Assembly (NCBI RefSeq): GCF_004010195.1
Contig: NC_057751.1
Location: forward strand, 513,248-577,247
Direction: 5' to 3'
Source: Chiloscyllium plagiosum
Taxonomy: Eukaryota
DNA: 64,000 nucleotides
The notes under the pieces are model-generated. The model was not told where the DNA came from, searched no databases, and saw only the letters and a program-made list of their open reading frames with translations. Position 1 is the first letter of the stretch. Every line of letters begins with the position of its first letter. A program made the translations under genes and the position numbers. Shown here piece after piece: positions 51,137 to 63,346 of this stretch.

Positions 51137-54100
51137 TGAAAGATCTTGCCTAATACCATCAAAATTAGCCTTCCACCTATTTAGAACTTAAACTTTTAGA
51201 TGCGGTCTATCCTTTTCGATCACTGTTTTAAAGGTAATAGAATTATGGTCACTGGCCCCAAAGTGCTCCCCCACTGACGCCTCAGTCACCTGCCCTGCCT
51301 TATTTCCCAACAGTAGGTCACGTTTCGCACCTTCTCTAGTAGGTACATCCACATACTGAATCAGAAAATTGTCTTGTACACACTTAAGAAGTTCCTCTCC
51401 ATCTAAACCTTTGACACTATGGCAGTCCCAGTTGATGTTTGGAAAGTTAAAATCCCCGACCATAACTACCCTATTATTCTTACAGATAGCTGAGACCTCC
51501 TTACAAGTTTGTTTCTCAATTTCCCTCTGACTTTTGGGGAGTCTATAATGCAATCCCAATAAGGTGATCATCCCTTTCTTATTTCTCAGTTCCACCCAAA
51601 TAACTTCCCTGGATGTATTTCTGGGAATATCCTCCCTCAGCACAGCCGTAATGCTATCCCTTATCAAAAATGCCACTCCCCCTCCTCTCTTGCCTCCCTT
51701 TCTATCCTTCCTGTAGCATTTTTTTTTTGATTAGATTAGATTACATTACAGTGTGGAAACAGGCCTGCCTTATTTCCCAAGAGTAGGTCAAGTTTTGCAC
51801 CTTCCCTCATAGGTACATCCACATACTGAATCAGAAAATTTTCTTGTGCACTCTTTACAAATTCCGCTCCATCTAAAGCCTTAACACGATGGTAGACCCA
51901 GTCTCTGTCTGGAAAGTTAAAATTCCTTACCATAACCACCCTATTATTCTTACAGATAATTTAAATCTCCTTACAAATTTGTTTCTCAATTTCCCACTGA
52001 CTATGAGGGGTTCTATAATACAATCCCAATAAGGTGATCATCCCTTTATTATTTCTCAGTTCTACCCAAATAATGTCCCTGGATGTATTTCCGGTAATAT
52101 CCCCCCTCAGCACAGCTGTAACGCTATTCCTTATCAAAAAATGCCATTTCCCCCTCCTCACTTGCCCCCTTTCTGTCCTTCCTGTTGCATTTGTATCCTG
52201 GAACATTAAGTTGCAGTCCTGTCTATCCCTGAGCCATGTAATTTCTGTTATCCCAGTCCCATGTTCCTAACCATGCCTTGAGTTCATCTGCCTTCTTTGT
52301 TGGGCCTCTTGCATTAGAGTAAATGCAGTTTAATTTTTCAGTCCTACCTTATTCTCTGCTTTGTCCCTTCATGCCCTGAATGTTTGACTCACTTCTATTT
52401 TCAACTGTACCAGTCTCAGATTGATCTATTTCCTCTCTATTTTCCTGGGACACGCTCCCCATCCCCACCTCACCTTATAAGTCTAAATCCTCCTGAGAAC
52501 CTCTTGCAAATCTCCCTGCCATTATATTAATCCCTTTCCAATTCAGGTGTAATCCATCCTTCTTGTACAGGTCACTTCCACCCCAGAAGAGATTCCAATG
52601 ATCTAAAATGTGAACCCTTCTCCGGTGCACCAGCTCCTCAGCCATGCATTCATCTGCTCCATCCTCCTATTCCTGTCCTCACTAGCTCATAGCACCGGGA
52701 ATAATCTAGATATCACTACCCTTGAGAATCATTTTAAATTCGTGCCTAACTTTCTATATTCTCCCTTCAGAATCTCATCCTTTTCCTTCCCTATGTCATT
52801 AGTTCCAATGTGTACAATGACCTCTTGCTGATCCCTCTCCCTTTGAGAACATTCTATACCCTTTCTAACACATCTTGATCCTAGCACCAGGGAGGCAATG
52901 CACCATTCTGGTTTTTCACTGCTGGCCGCAGAAACATCTGTCTGTGCCTCTGAGAGTCCCCTGTCACAATCGATCGCTTGGAACCTGACATACCTATCAT
53001 TGCATTAGAGCCAGCCTTGATACCAGAAACTTGGCTGTTCGTGCTACATTCCCCTGAGAATCCATCACCCCCTACACTTTCCAAAACAGCATACCTGTTT
53101 GAAATGGGAATAGCCACAAAAGGCTCCTGTACTACCCACCTACCTCTCCTACCTTTCCTGGAGTTAACCCATCTACCTGGCTATATCTGTGGTTTTTCTT
53201 CCCTCCTATAACTGCCATCCATCACACCCCGAGCTCATGCAAATTTTCCATTTCCTCTATCTGTCGCTCCAACCGATCCATGCGATCCAATAGGATTCAC
53301 AATCAAACACATTTACTGCAGATGTAATCATCAGTAACATTAAAACTCTGCCTAGTCTCCCACATCCGACCAGGAAGAGCATATCACTCTACTGAAGGTC
53401 ATCTTTGCACCTTCACAATCTACAGACCCAGAAAATAGCACTGCCTTTTTGCTCTAAAAATAGTGCTCCAGGCTAACTTAGTACTCATGGTTTATGTTTT
53501 TAAAAAAATAATCAAGAGACAGAGTTCAATAAAACATATCATCAAGAAAGTACCCACTCTATTCAGTACTTCCAGCTTTCAGCAATGTTACACGTTAAAA
53601 ACTATGCACTTAGCTGTTCCTGTGCTGGTTCTTCCAAGGTCAGCTATGAATTTCTCTGTTTGTTAAGTTTCCCTGATGCATCCGATGTCCAGGGATACAT
53701 GGACTCAAACAGCAAAGGCAGTAACTGTGTAGATTCACTGCTGTGTCAGTTAGGTTTCTTTCTCTCTCTCCCTACTGACCATGTGCTTGCTTTCTTTGTC
53801 TGCCTTTCTTCCTTTTAAAAGTTCTGTTGTTTTGACTTTTTTTCCTCCAAAGTTCCAAAGCAAGGCAACAGCATCTAAAACAGTAACTATTGCTCCTGGA
53901 ATTCGAAGAAATCACCTCCAACACCAAAAATCTCTTCAAGAAACGTTGCCTCAGGTCCAATTTCCAAGCACCTCTCAGCCTCTCAATTGTGGCGAGAAAC
54001 TGACGCTGTCTTTTCAGCACCAGGAACAATGTCTTGCCAATGTTCCCCACTACTCAATGGTGGCAATCCCATTTCTGGTTTCTGTCTCTCCATTAGAATC

Positions 54101-54410
54101 AGGATTCAAAGTTTGGGAAGTGCTGTGGATGTGGTAGTTCACACACTCTGTCTCAGAGATGGTCAGCCCTGTCCGTTTACACTTTCCTGATAGTGGTTGA
54201 CTCAAGTGCCTGTCCTTTCTCAAATAGGTTCTGTCCTGATCTCTCCCTTCTGAAAGCTACTGAACCTTCCTTGCTTTCTGCTGGTAAGGATTGACCTTTT
54301 CCCTATCCCTACCTGCCCAGAACCCCATCAACGTGTTTCTGTTGGTCTAGTTCCATCTTCTAATCACCATTCAGGAATTGATTCTGGGGATATCCTCCAG
54401 ATACGTTTTT

Positions 54411-54738
54411 TTAGATTAGATTAGATTAGATTAGATTACTTACAGTGTGGAAACAGGCCCTTCGGCCCAACAAGTCCACACCGACCCGCCGAAGCGTAAC
54501 CCACCCATACCCCTACATTTACCCCTTTACCTAACACTACGGGCAATTTAGCATGGCCAATTCACCTGACTTGCACATCTTTGGACTGTGGGAGGAAACC
54601 GGAGCCCCCGGAGGAAACCCACGCAGACACGGGGAGAACGTGCAAACTCCACACAGTCAGTCGCCTGAGTCGGGAATTGAACCCGGGTCTCTGGCGCTGC
54701 GAGGCAGCAGTGCTAACCACTGTGCCACCGTGCCGCCC
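54411..54738 (-). mobile_element. HE1-type SINE, full length
   Basis: A/B boxes and a long (TTAGA)n on the + strand. Confidence 0.92.
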
Positions 54739-54912
54739 TAAATTCATCCCCTGATTTCTGTATCATGTTGAAAGAACTGAAACCAACATGATCATTCTAA
54801 AGATGAGAGAATTAACAAACAATCCAGGTCTTTTTCAATGTATAATTTCAGTTACATCACACTGTAAACTTTTGCTATAAATTCTGTGTCTTACAATCTT
54901 ATTCTCCACAAC

Positions 54913-54947
54913 CACCTGATGAAGGAGCAGCGCTCTGAAAGCTAGTG
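54913..54947 (+). ncRNA. Hammerhead motif, PLE family B (pLTR ~54835-55005)
   Basis: CAC-CUGAUGA-A-GGAGC-AGC-GCUCU-GAAAGCUA-GUG; palindromic AGCU helix III, stem I CAC/GUG. Confidence 0.78.
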
Positions 54948-55139
54948 CTTCCAAATAAATCTGTTGGACTATAACCTGCTGTTGTGTCATTTTTAGCTTT
55001 GTACTAACCATGTTAGTATAGAGCAGTTCCCTTTGTGGATTCCCTTCCTGAAGCTCATTTGGAGAGCACATCCCACATCTACAGTCATAGAGCCAAAGAG
55101 TTGTACAGTGTGGGTACAGACCTTTTGGTCCTGTGCCAA

Positions 55140-56110
55140 ATTTCCTGTCAAAGGCCTTCTCCTGGTCCAGGCTGATGAGGCAAGTGTCCATCCCCTGTCC
55201 TGCATGTAGGCAATTGTACCCTGAGGAGCATGTGGCTCTTGGTCATTCTGGCTGGTGACCTCAAATGTATTAACAATGTGGCTAGGTAGCAAACTAGATA
55301 CCACATCCAGATACCTGATGTAAATGGTTAAAGATACCAAGCTGCATGATGTTTTCAGTACCCCCCTGCAGATGGAGCACACGGTAGATACACCTGGTCA
55401 CAGCCACTCAGGTCTATCCACTCAAGGATAGATTTCCTGTTGTGTCCCGCACATTCTTGGCCAGATCCTGCACATTCAAGCCGGTGTTCCTGTCTGATCA
55501 CTGCTCCTGTTAGTCAACTGTCACCTACAGGATACCCAGTGGGTTGAAAAGGGAACATGAAAGCTGAATGTGAAATGGTTGACCCCAGAAAACATTGAGG
55601 AGCTGAAAAGGGATTACACAGGTTGGAGAACCATGAAGCCCTTCTTTCAGTCTCCCAACAGACTGGTGAGAAACAGTCAGAGTGAAGATCAAGAGGTTCT
55701 TTATCCTAAAAGGTGTTCAGATTCAAGATAGAGATAGGGAAACTGTGCAAACTTCAGAAAGTCATGCAGAGCCTAGTCCTGATGCAGTCAATGGGGATCA
55801 ATGTCACAAAGGATCTCCAGGTAGTGAAGAGCTAGCAAGTCTTGCTCTTGGCCTTGGAGGCCTCCAAGATAATCTTCCAGTCTAGAGTCTGCACTGTGGT
55901 GCAGGATGAGACATGTTCACGTTTCTCCTTCCAGAAGGTGCAAATGAAGAGCTCTGTGCTCAGTGAGAACAAGGAAGAAGATGACTCAGTGACATCATCT
56001 CGATCTAATATCCTGAAGATCAGCCAATCCTTTTATGCCAGACTTTATGACATGAAGCACATAGACACCACAACCTCTCTGTCATTCCTGCCCTCTATCA
56101 CGGAGGTCTT
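55140..56110. mobile_element. Tx1/L1-clade LINE remnant (endonuclease-linker on +, RT fragment on -)
   Basis: + strand: SRIDFL...VFLSDHC and IFQSRV..V.QDETCSRF.FQKV...ILKISQSFYARLYD; - strand: CLISLDQEKAFDR. Confidence 0.7.
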
Positions 56111-57349
56111 ACATACACACACACACATATTGAAATCCTTGTGTCACTGGGCACACACAAAAGTGAGCTATATTGTTGGCTGACGCTGATTGCAAGTTCT
56201 AACTCATTCAACATACTTTCAACGTACTTTCCCAACACAGTCTAATAAAAGCAATCGTGTTTCAGGTAAAGATGGACTTCAGATGCAAACTACCTTGAAC
56301 AGCTTCTGATGCAACTGTGTTTCAAACCGAAAGGATCGAGGGTAAGTGGGTGTAACAACTCTAACATAATGCCCAGTGGGCAGCTAGCTGTGGGCTGGGA
56401 CTATTAATCTTTTGTTGGAAATGGAAATAACACTGCTGGCACAGAACAGCAGCTTCCAGTATCTGCAGTCCTTACTGTCTCCAAACTGGTATAGTGCCAA
56501 GTTGCAAATCCACCCAACACACATCAACAACAAACAGTGGCAGCAGAAAAAACTCCTGCAGCTGGCAACGGGCACCAATGTCCTCCTCAGGGTATGGCAT
56601 CTGGAAGACAGAGTGGAAGAAAAAATATGTATTTCCATAACACCCTTCACTTTTCACAGCAGTTTGCAACCATTTAGATACTTCTTAAAATATCATCACA
56701 GCTGCCAGTTAAAAGTTACCAACTTAAAACTTAAATACAATAAGATCCCACAAAGTCAAAGAGATAGTGACCCAATTTGTCAGTCTTGGTTAATATAGTT
56801 TCATGACAAATTTGGGTCAATGACAGAAATGCAGAGTTATCATGTGGACTCAGAAGTGATATTTTCAGAGCAGACTATTCGCAGTTCATTGTTAAGGATT
56901 ACCTAGACATGACAATGAGCATTGAACTCAAGTGGAGATGTAAATGAAAAACAGGCCTGAAGTGGTTGGTGGCAGGGGCAGGGAGAATTGCTTGACCTGA
57001 CAGACAGTGAGAATTATCTATTTTTCTGGTTGACATGGGGCCACCTGGACTTGTTTTTATATCTATTTTGATGGCTGTAAAAGTTTTGAACTTATTACAA
57101 AATGGTGGTTTAGCATATAACCTTATATTCAGAATAGTATTAATAACAGGGACACTGCCTCACTCATTCGATTCACACCATCAGCTTGTGGTTCACAGGA
57201 GCTGTACCATGGAATTGGAGAGAGAGGTCTGAGTGACAGCATCACTGATGTCCCAGAGAGACAGAAGGCAGTATGAGACTCATTTGTTGTAAATATATGT
57301 GTACATTATGTAGTTTCAGATAAAAGATTCACTCATTAGTTGCATATGC

Positions 57350-60300
57350 AAAGTTCTGGAAAGAATTCTGAGGGATAGGATGTATGACTATTTGGCAAAA
57401 CATAGTGTGATTAAAAGCAGTCAGCATGGCTTTGTGAAGGCCAGGTCATGCCTCACAAACCTTATTGAGTTCTTTGAGGAAGTGTCAAGCCAGGTCAACG
57501 ATAGTCGAGTAGTGGATCTGGTGTATATGGACTCCAGCAAGGCATTTGATAGGGTTCCCCATGGTAGGCTCACTCATAAAGTCAGGAAGTATGGGATACA
57601 GGGAGATTTGGTTACCTGGATTCAAAATTGGCTGGCTGACAGAAGGCAGAGAGTACAAACCTCTATAAGGTCACCCCTCAGCCTCCAGCGCTCCAGGGAA
57701 AACAGCCCCAGCCTATTCAACCTCTCCCTCTTGCTCAAGTCCTCTAACCCTGGCAACATCCTTGTAAATCTTTTCTGAACCCTTTCAAGTTTCACAACAT
57801 CTTTCCAATAGGAAAAAGACCAGAATTGCACGCTGAACCAATGTCCTGTACAGCCGCAACTTGACCTCCCAACTCCTGTACTCAATACTCTGACCAATAA
57901 AGAAAGCATACCAAAACGCCTTCTTCACTATCCTATCTACCTGCGACTCCACTTTCAAGGATCTATGAACCTGCACTCCAAGGTCTCTTTGTTCAGAAAC
58001 ACTCTCTAGGACCTTACCATTAAGTGTATAAGTCCTGCTAAGATTTGCTTTCCCAAAATGCAGCACCTCGCATTTATCTGAATTAAACTCCATCTGCGAC
58101 TTCTCAGCCCATTGGCCCATCTGGTCCAGATCCTGTTGTGATCTGAGGTAACCCTCTTCGCTGTCTACTACACCTCCAATTTTGGTGTCATCTGCAAACT
58201 TACTAACTCTACCTTTTATGCTCGCATCCAAGTCATTTATGTAAATGACAAAAAGTCGAGGGCCCAGCACCGATCCTTCTGGCACTCCACTGGTCACAGG
58301 CCTCCAGTCTGAAAAACAACCCTCCACCACCACCCTCTGTCTTCTACCTTTGAGCTAGTTCTGTATCCAAATGGCTAGTTCTCCCTGTATTCCATGAGAT
58401 CTACCCTTGCTAATCAGTCTCCCATCAAGACATCCAGCACTTCCTCCTCTGTAATCTGGACATTTATAAGATGTCACCATCTATTTCCCTACAGTTTATA
58501 TCTTCCATATCCTTTTCCACAGTAAATACTGATGCAAAATATTCATTTAGTATCTCCCCCATTTTCTGCGGCTCCACAGAAAGGCCGCCTTGCTGATCTT
58601 TAAGGGGCCCTATTCTCTCCCTAGTTACCCTTTTGTCCTTCATCTATTTGTAAAAACCCTTTGGATTCTCCTTAATTCTATTTGCCAAAGCTATCTCACA
58701 ACCCCGTTTTGCCCTCCTGATTTCCCTCTTAAGTATACTCCTACTGCCTTTATACTCTTCTAAGGATTCATTCGATCTATCCTGTCTATACCGGACATAT
58801 GCTTCCTTCTTTTTCTTAACCAAACTCTCAATTTCTTTAGTCATCCAGCATTCCCTATACCTACCAGCCTTTCCTTTCACCCTGACAGGATTATAGTTTG
58901 AGAAAGTGAGGACTGCAGATGCTGGGGATCAGAGCTTAGAAATGTGTTGCTGGAAAAGCGCAGCAGGTCAGGCAGCATCAAAGGAGAAGGAGAATCGACG
59001 TTTCAGAATGAGGAGAGTGTGCCCAGCAGGCTAAGATAAAAGGTAGGGAGGAGAGACTTGGGGGAGGGGCATTGGGAATGCGATAGGTGGAAGGAGGTTA
59101 AGGTGAGGGTGATAGGCCGGAGAGGGGGTGGGGGCGGAGAGGTTGGGAAGAAGATTGCAGGTTAGGAAGGTGGTGCTGAGTCTGAGGGCTGGGACTGAGA
59201 AAAGGTGGAGGAAGGGGAAATGAGAAAGCTGGAGAAATCCGCATTCATCCCCTGTGGCTGGAGGATTCCTAGGCGGAAGATGAGTCGCTCTTCCTCCAGG
59301 TGTCGTGTTTCCATGGTCTGGTAATGGAGGAGGCCAAGGACCTGCATGTCCTTGGCGGAGTGGGAGGGGGAGTTAAAGTGTTCAGCCACAGGGCGGTTGG
59401 GTTGGTTGGTGTGGGTATCCCAGAGGTGTTCTCTGAAACGTTCCGCAAGTAGGCGGCCTGTCTCCCCAATATAGAGGAGGCCACACCGGGTGCAGCGGAT
59501 GCAGTAAATGATGTGTGTGGAGATGCAGGTGAATTTCTGATGGATATTGAAGAATCCCTTTGGGCCTTGGAGGGAAGTGAGGGGGGAGGTGTGGGCACAA
59601 GTTTTGCATTTTTTGCGGTTGCAGGGGAAGGTGCCGGGAGTGGAGGTTGGGTTGGTGGGGGGTGTGGACCTGACGAGGGAGTCACGGAGGGAGTGGTCTT
59701 TTCGGAACACTGATAGGGGAGGGGAGGGAAATATATCCCTGGTGGTGGGGTCCNNNNNNNNAAGTGGAGGAGATGCTGTGGAGAGCATCGTCAACCACGT
59801 CTGAGGGGAAATTGCGGTCTTTGAAGAAGGAGGTCATCTGGGTTGTTCGGTATTGGAATTGGTCCTCCTGGGAGCAGATGCGGCGAAGGCAAAGGAATTG
59901 GGAATATGGGATAGTGTTTTTACAGGGGGCAGGCTGGGAAGAGGTGTAATCTAGGTAGCTGTACAGGGGGCATATACTTTCTCTGGACTCTCGTTATCTC
60001 ATTTCTGAAGGCTTCCCATTTTCCAGCGCTACCAGGACCTGCGAACATCTGCCTCCAATCAGCTTTCGAAAGTTCTTGCCTAATACCGTCAAAATTGGTC
60101 TTTCTCCAATTTAGAACTTCAACTTTTAAATCTGGGCTATCCTTTTCCATCACTATTTTAAAACGAATAGAATTATAGTCGTTGGCCCAAAAGTGCTCTC
60201 CCACTGACACCTCAGTCACCTGCCCTGCCTTATTTCCCAAGAGTAGGTCAAGTTTTGCATCTTCTCTATTAGGTACATCAACATACTGAATCAGAAAATT

Positions 60301-60445
60301 GTCTTGTACACATTTAAGAAATTCTTCTCCATCTAAACCTTTAACACTATGGCAGTCCCAGTCTATGTTTGGAAAGTTAAAAAACCCCTGCCGTAACCAC
60401 CCTATTATTCTTACAGATAGCTGAGATCTCCTTACAAGTTTGTTC
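57350..60445. mobile_element. CR1 fragments (+ at 57350-57652; - at 57653-60445) with a nested PLE
   Basis: SQHGFVKARSCLTNLIEFFEEV...YMDSSKAFDRVPH on +; VPEGSVLGPRLFVIYINDLD...KFADDTKIG on -. Confidence 0.9.
58899..59965 (-). mobile_element. PLE family A 3' portion encoding a GIY-YIG endonuclease, inserted in CR1
   Basis: PCNRKKCKTC...HIIYCIRCTRCGLLYIGETGRLLAERFREH...VAEHFN...EEERLIFRLG...GMN. Confidence 0.92.
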
Positions 60446-63006
60446 TGTGCTGTACTTTTCTATGTTCTATGTTTTATATGCCTCGACTATACATTAAGTG
60501 GATTAAGCTAATACATTTTTGTCACATCAAACTGCATCTGTGTTCTTGTATTACTTTCAATCAGACCTTCATGAACCCATTAGGTACTTCCAGCTGAACA
60601 AAACAAGAGCTCCCCTTATTATTGTAAAACAACATTCAAGGAATCTTTTACCATTAAGAAGGAGGGGTTACTGAATGACAGTGTGAGGGAGCTGGATTAA
60701 CACCAGCAGAGAATAATTTGTTCCCCCACAGTGTCAGAGGGGAGTTCGTGATTGGACCCCAGCTCAGCTCATTCTCAAGGCTGGATAGAACATAAGGTTG
60801 GCTGAGGGGATTGAAGAGAATCGACAGAAGAATATTCCAAGTTTACAAAAGAGTGTGGTGCAATGGTGAAGATGGGAAAGGATTTTAATATTTCAGATTC
60901 TGAGAGAGATTGAAACAAAAAAAAATTAAAATTGAAAAGTTGGTTGCTAAAGAAACCAGCTGGACCTGTAGGAACAGGAAATGGGTTGACATGAGTCATT
61001 ACAGAATCTTTAACTGAGTGATGGGACATTTACTGTGGTTTAACTGTTAACTCTTTCATGGTGGGGAAAACGGTAAAAGCAATAAAAATTTCACCAAGGT
61101 GGAATTTTAGTCGATTCATCCTGTGACCTTATCTCAGCAGCAGTGTTTGTTAATCTTTCATCAGCAACCAGTTCAGATATGACCAGCAGTGAACTTCCCC
61201 CTCTCCTTTTACCTTTAATGGCAGTTTTACTGTTTTCCCTTCACCACCATCAATTCCCATCACTTCTTGGACCAGAGTCATTTTGATCAAGTCTCAAGTT
61301 GCACCTCTGGAACACAAACAGAGGAATAATGCAACTTGTATGTGCCCAGCTTCCACGTCTTTTATTCTGCAGGAAGGTGCACAACTAACAAGGCATTATC
61401 TGAAACAAAAACAGAAAACACTCGAAAGATTCAATGGGTTAGACATTGTCCATGGGGAGAGAATGAGAGCCAGAGTTTCACATCCATGATCTGTCATCAG
61501 AATCTGGTTCATGCAGACTTGCAGAAACTGCAGGACTGTGTTTTTGCAGCATTATCTTCTCAGGTACACTCACTGCTTTGTCAGTAAATACAGCCAGTTA
61601 GTGTACTGTCAGATCTTAGCTATCAGTAAGGAGCTGAACAGCCATATAATACAGTAGTCACGTTGGTGAGAGATTAATATTGGTACTCCTTTATTGGTAT
61701 TCTGGGTCTTCCTTCAATAGTGCTATGTGATAGTTTCTGTACACTGGCAGGCAGGGCTGGACCATGACATTCCAAAGGACTACAATTTTGTCAGTGCAAG
61801 AATCAGTCCTGATTCTCCAGAAATGTAGCTGCCATTCAGGGACTCACCTGAATAATAATTCAGCAGCTGCTCAGTGCTGTCCCTTGTTCAGTGAGGGAAT
61901 TGCTCAGTCTTGACTCTCCTAAGTGCACCAGCGAGCAGATTTCTGCTTAAGCTGATGGTGCAGCTCAATAAGATGCAGGCTAATGCCGAAAAATATTGAC
62001 TACCTTTTTCAAAGTTAATAAACCATTTTCAAAGCTATCAAAGTACAAAATATATATGTCCCAAAGCCAACAGCTAAAGAACTCAAATTGTTAAAAAAAA
62101 AACCCAAAATCTTTCCAAGGACATAGCAAGGAGGGGAGAGATATCAATCGAAAGTGAGAAACTGATAACCTTACTCTCTCCACACAAAGAAAGAATTCTG
62201 TCATTACTGAGAGTTTGAAATGTAAATTTGATTCAATACTGAAGTTTCACATCTACAATTCTTACCCAACAGTTCTAACAATTGTGCTGTTTTCCTGAAT
62301 TATTTGCAATTGCATGTCAGGATATTTTAAGAGTCATCGACCCAAGGGACATATTCCTAAATTCAACATAAGCCTAACAAGTGGAAGTGCCATTGCATAA
62401 TATCGCAAAGTATGCAATAAATTTCACAGACCCAAAATATCCCATCAAAATCATTCACCAGAATACCTCAGTAAATGACATTTACAAAGCATCCTGTTAC
62501 ACATTTATAACTGTATGATTCATGATTCATACACGTTTGGAGTATAACATTCACACAGAGAATTAAACAATTTACCCGTTAAATATACAAAACTGGGTTG
62601 AAAGTTGGTGGACAAACCTGAAGTAATTGAAAATCAGAGAGTAGCTACAGTTCATGGTGGGAAGTATTGGAAACAAAACAATGATATTCTGTCTTGTGAA
62701 AGCTTACCTCAGTGGCTTTGGCACTTTGTCAAAATGATGAAAAGAAACAAAAAAATTAAAATAGGAGCCTTCAAACTCTCATCCCTCTCAACAAGCCCCT
62801 ACACATCCTCATAGTGCCACCTCTCTGCACCCACTCTCCATGCCAGCTGATGCCCTCAATGACCCCACATATCCTCCATGTTAGCCTGTTCCCTTTCCAA
62901 CTACCACGGTCCTCATATCTGCAATGCCAATCCATGGCCCTCTGTCCACTCATGCTAACATTTACCATCCACCTCCATTTGTCCTCACTTCAGGCTCTCT
63001 GCCTTT

Positions 63007-63040
63007 ATTCCTGATGAAGGGCTTTTGCCCGAAACGTCGA
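63007..63040 (+). ncRNA. Hammerhead motif with canonical CUGAUGA core in a PLE pLTR remnant (~62770-63105)
   Basis: CUGAUGA-A-GGGC-UUUU-GCCC-GAAACGUC. Confidence 0.8.
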
Positions 63041-63186
63041 TTTTGCTGCTCCTCAGATGCTGTCTGAACTGCTGTGCTCTTCCAGCACCAGCACCATTAA
63101 TCCAGAACTCATTCATACAATGTCAAGAAACCAGCAAACAGATGGACCTCAGGACCCATGTTGAGATTGTATTAAATATTTCAGTG

Positions 63187-63346
63187 GATCTTTTATCTTA
63201 GCCTGCTGGGCCAACTTTCCTCATTCCTGAAGAAGGGCTAATGCCCGAAACGTCGATTCTCCTGTTCCCTAGATGCTGCCTGACCTGCTGCGCTTTTCCA
63301 GCAACACATTTCCAGCTCTCCAGCATCTGCAGACCTCACTTTCTCC
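63187..63346 (+). mobile_element. 160-bp PLE family A pLTR insertion; hammerhead at 63227-63254
   Basis: TSD ttaaatatttcagtg at 63172-63186 and 63347-63361. Confidence 0.9.

Larger units (their letters stand above)
48640..53900 (-). mobile_element. Near full-length, disrupted CR1 LINE composite (ORF1 remnant, APE endonuclease, RT, 3' end)
   Basis: IPISNRYAVLE...SIVTGDS (ORF1); VVMVGDFNFPNINW...DLLLGN...GASDHNSI (APE); YMDFSKAFDKVPH and KFADNTKIG (RT); many stops and frameshifts. Confidence 0.9.

Noticed and set aside
3514..63346. CRISPR-like array or prokaryotic system suggested by recurrent short repeats
   Set aside because: The repeats are dispersed retroelement ends with TSDs, not regularly spaced, and the DNA is spliced vertebrate sequence.
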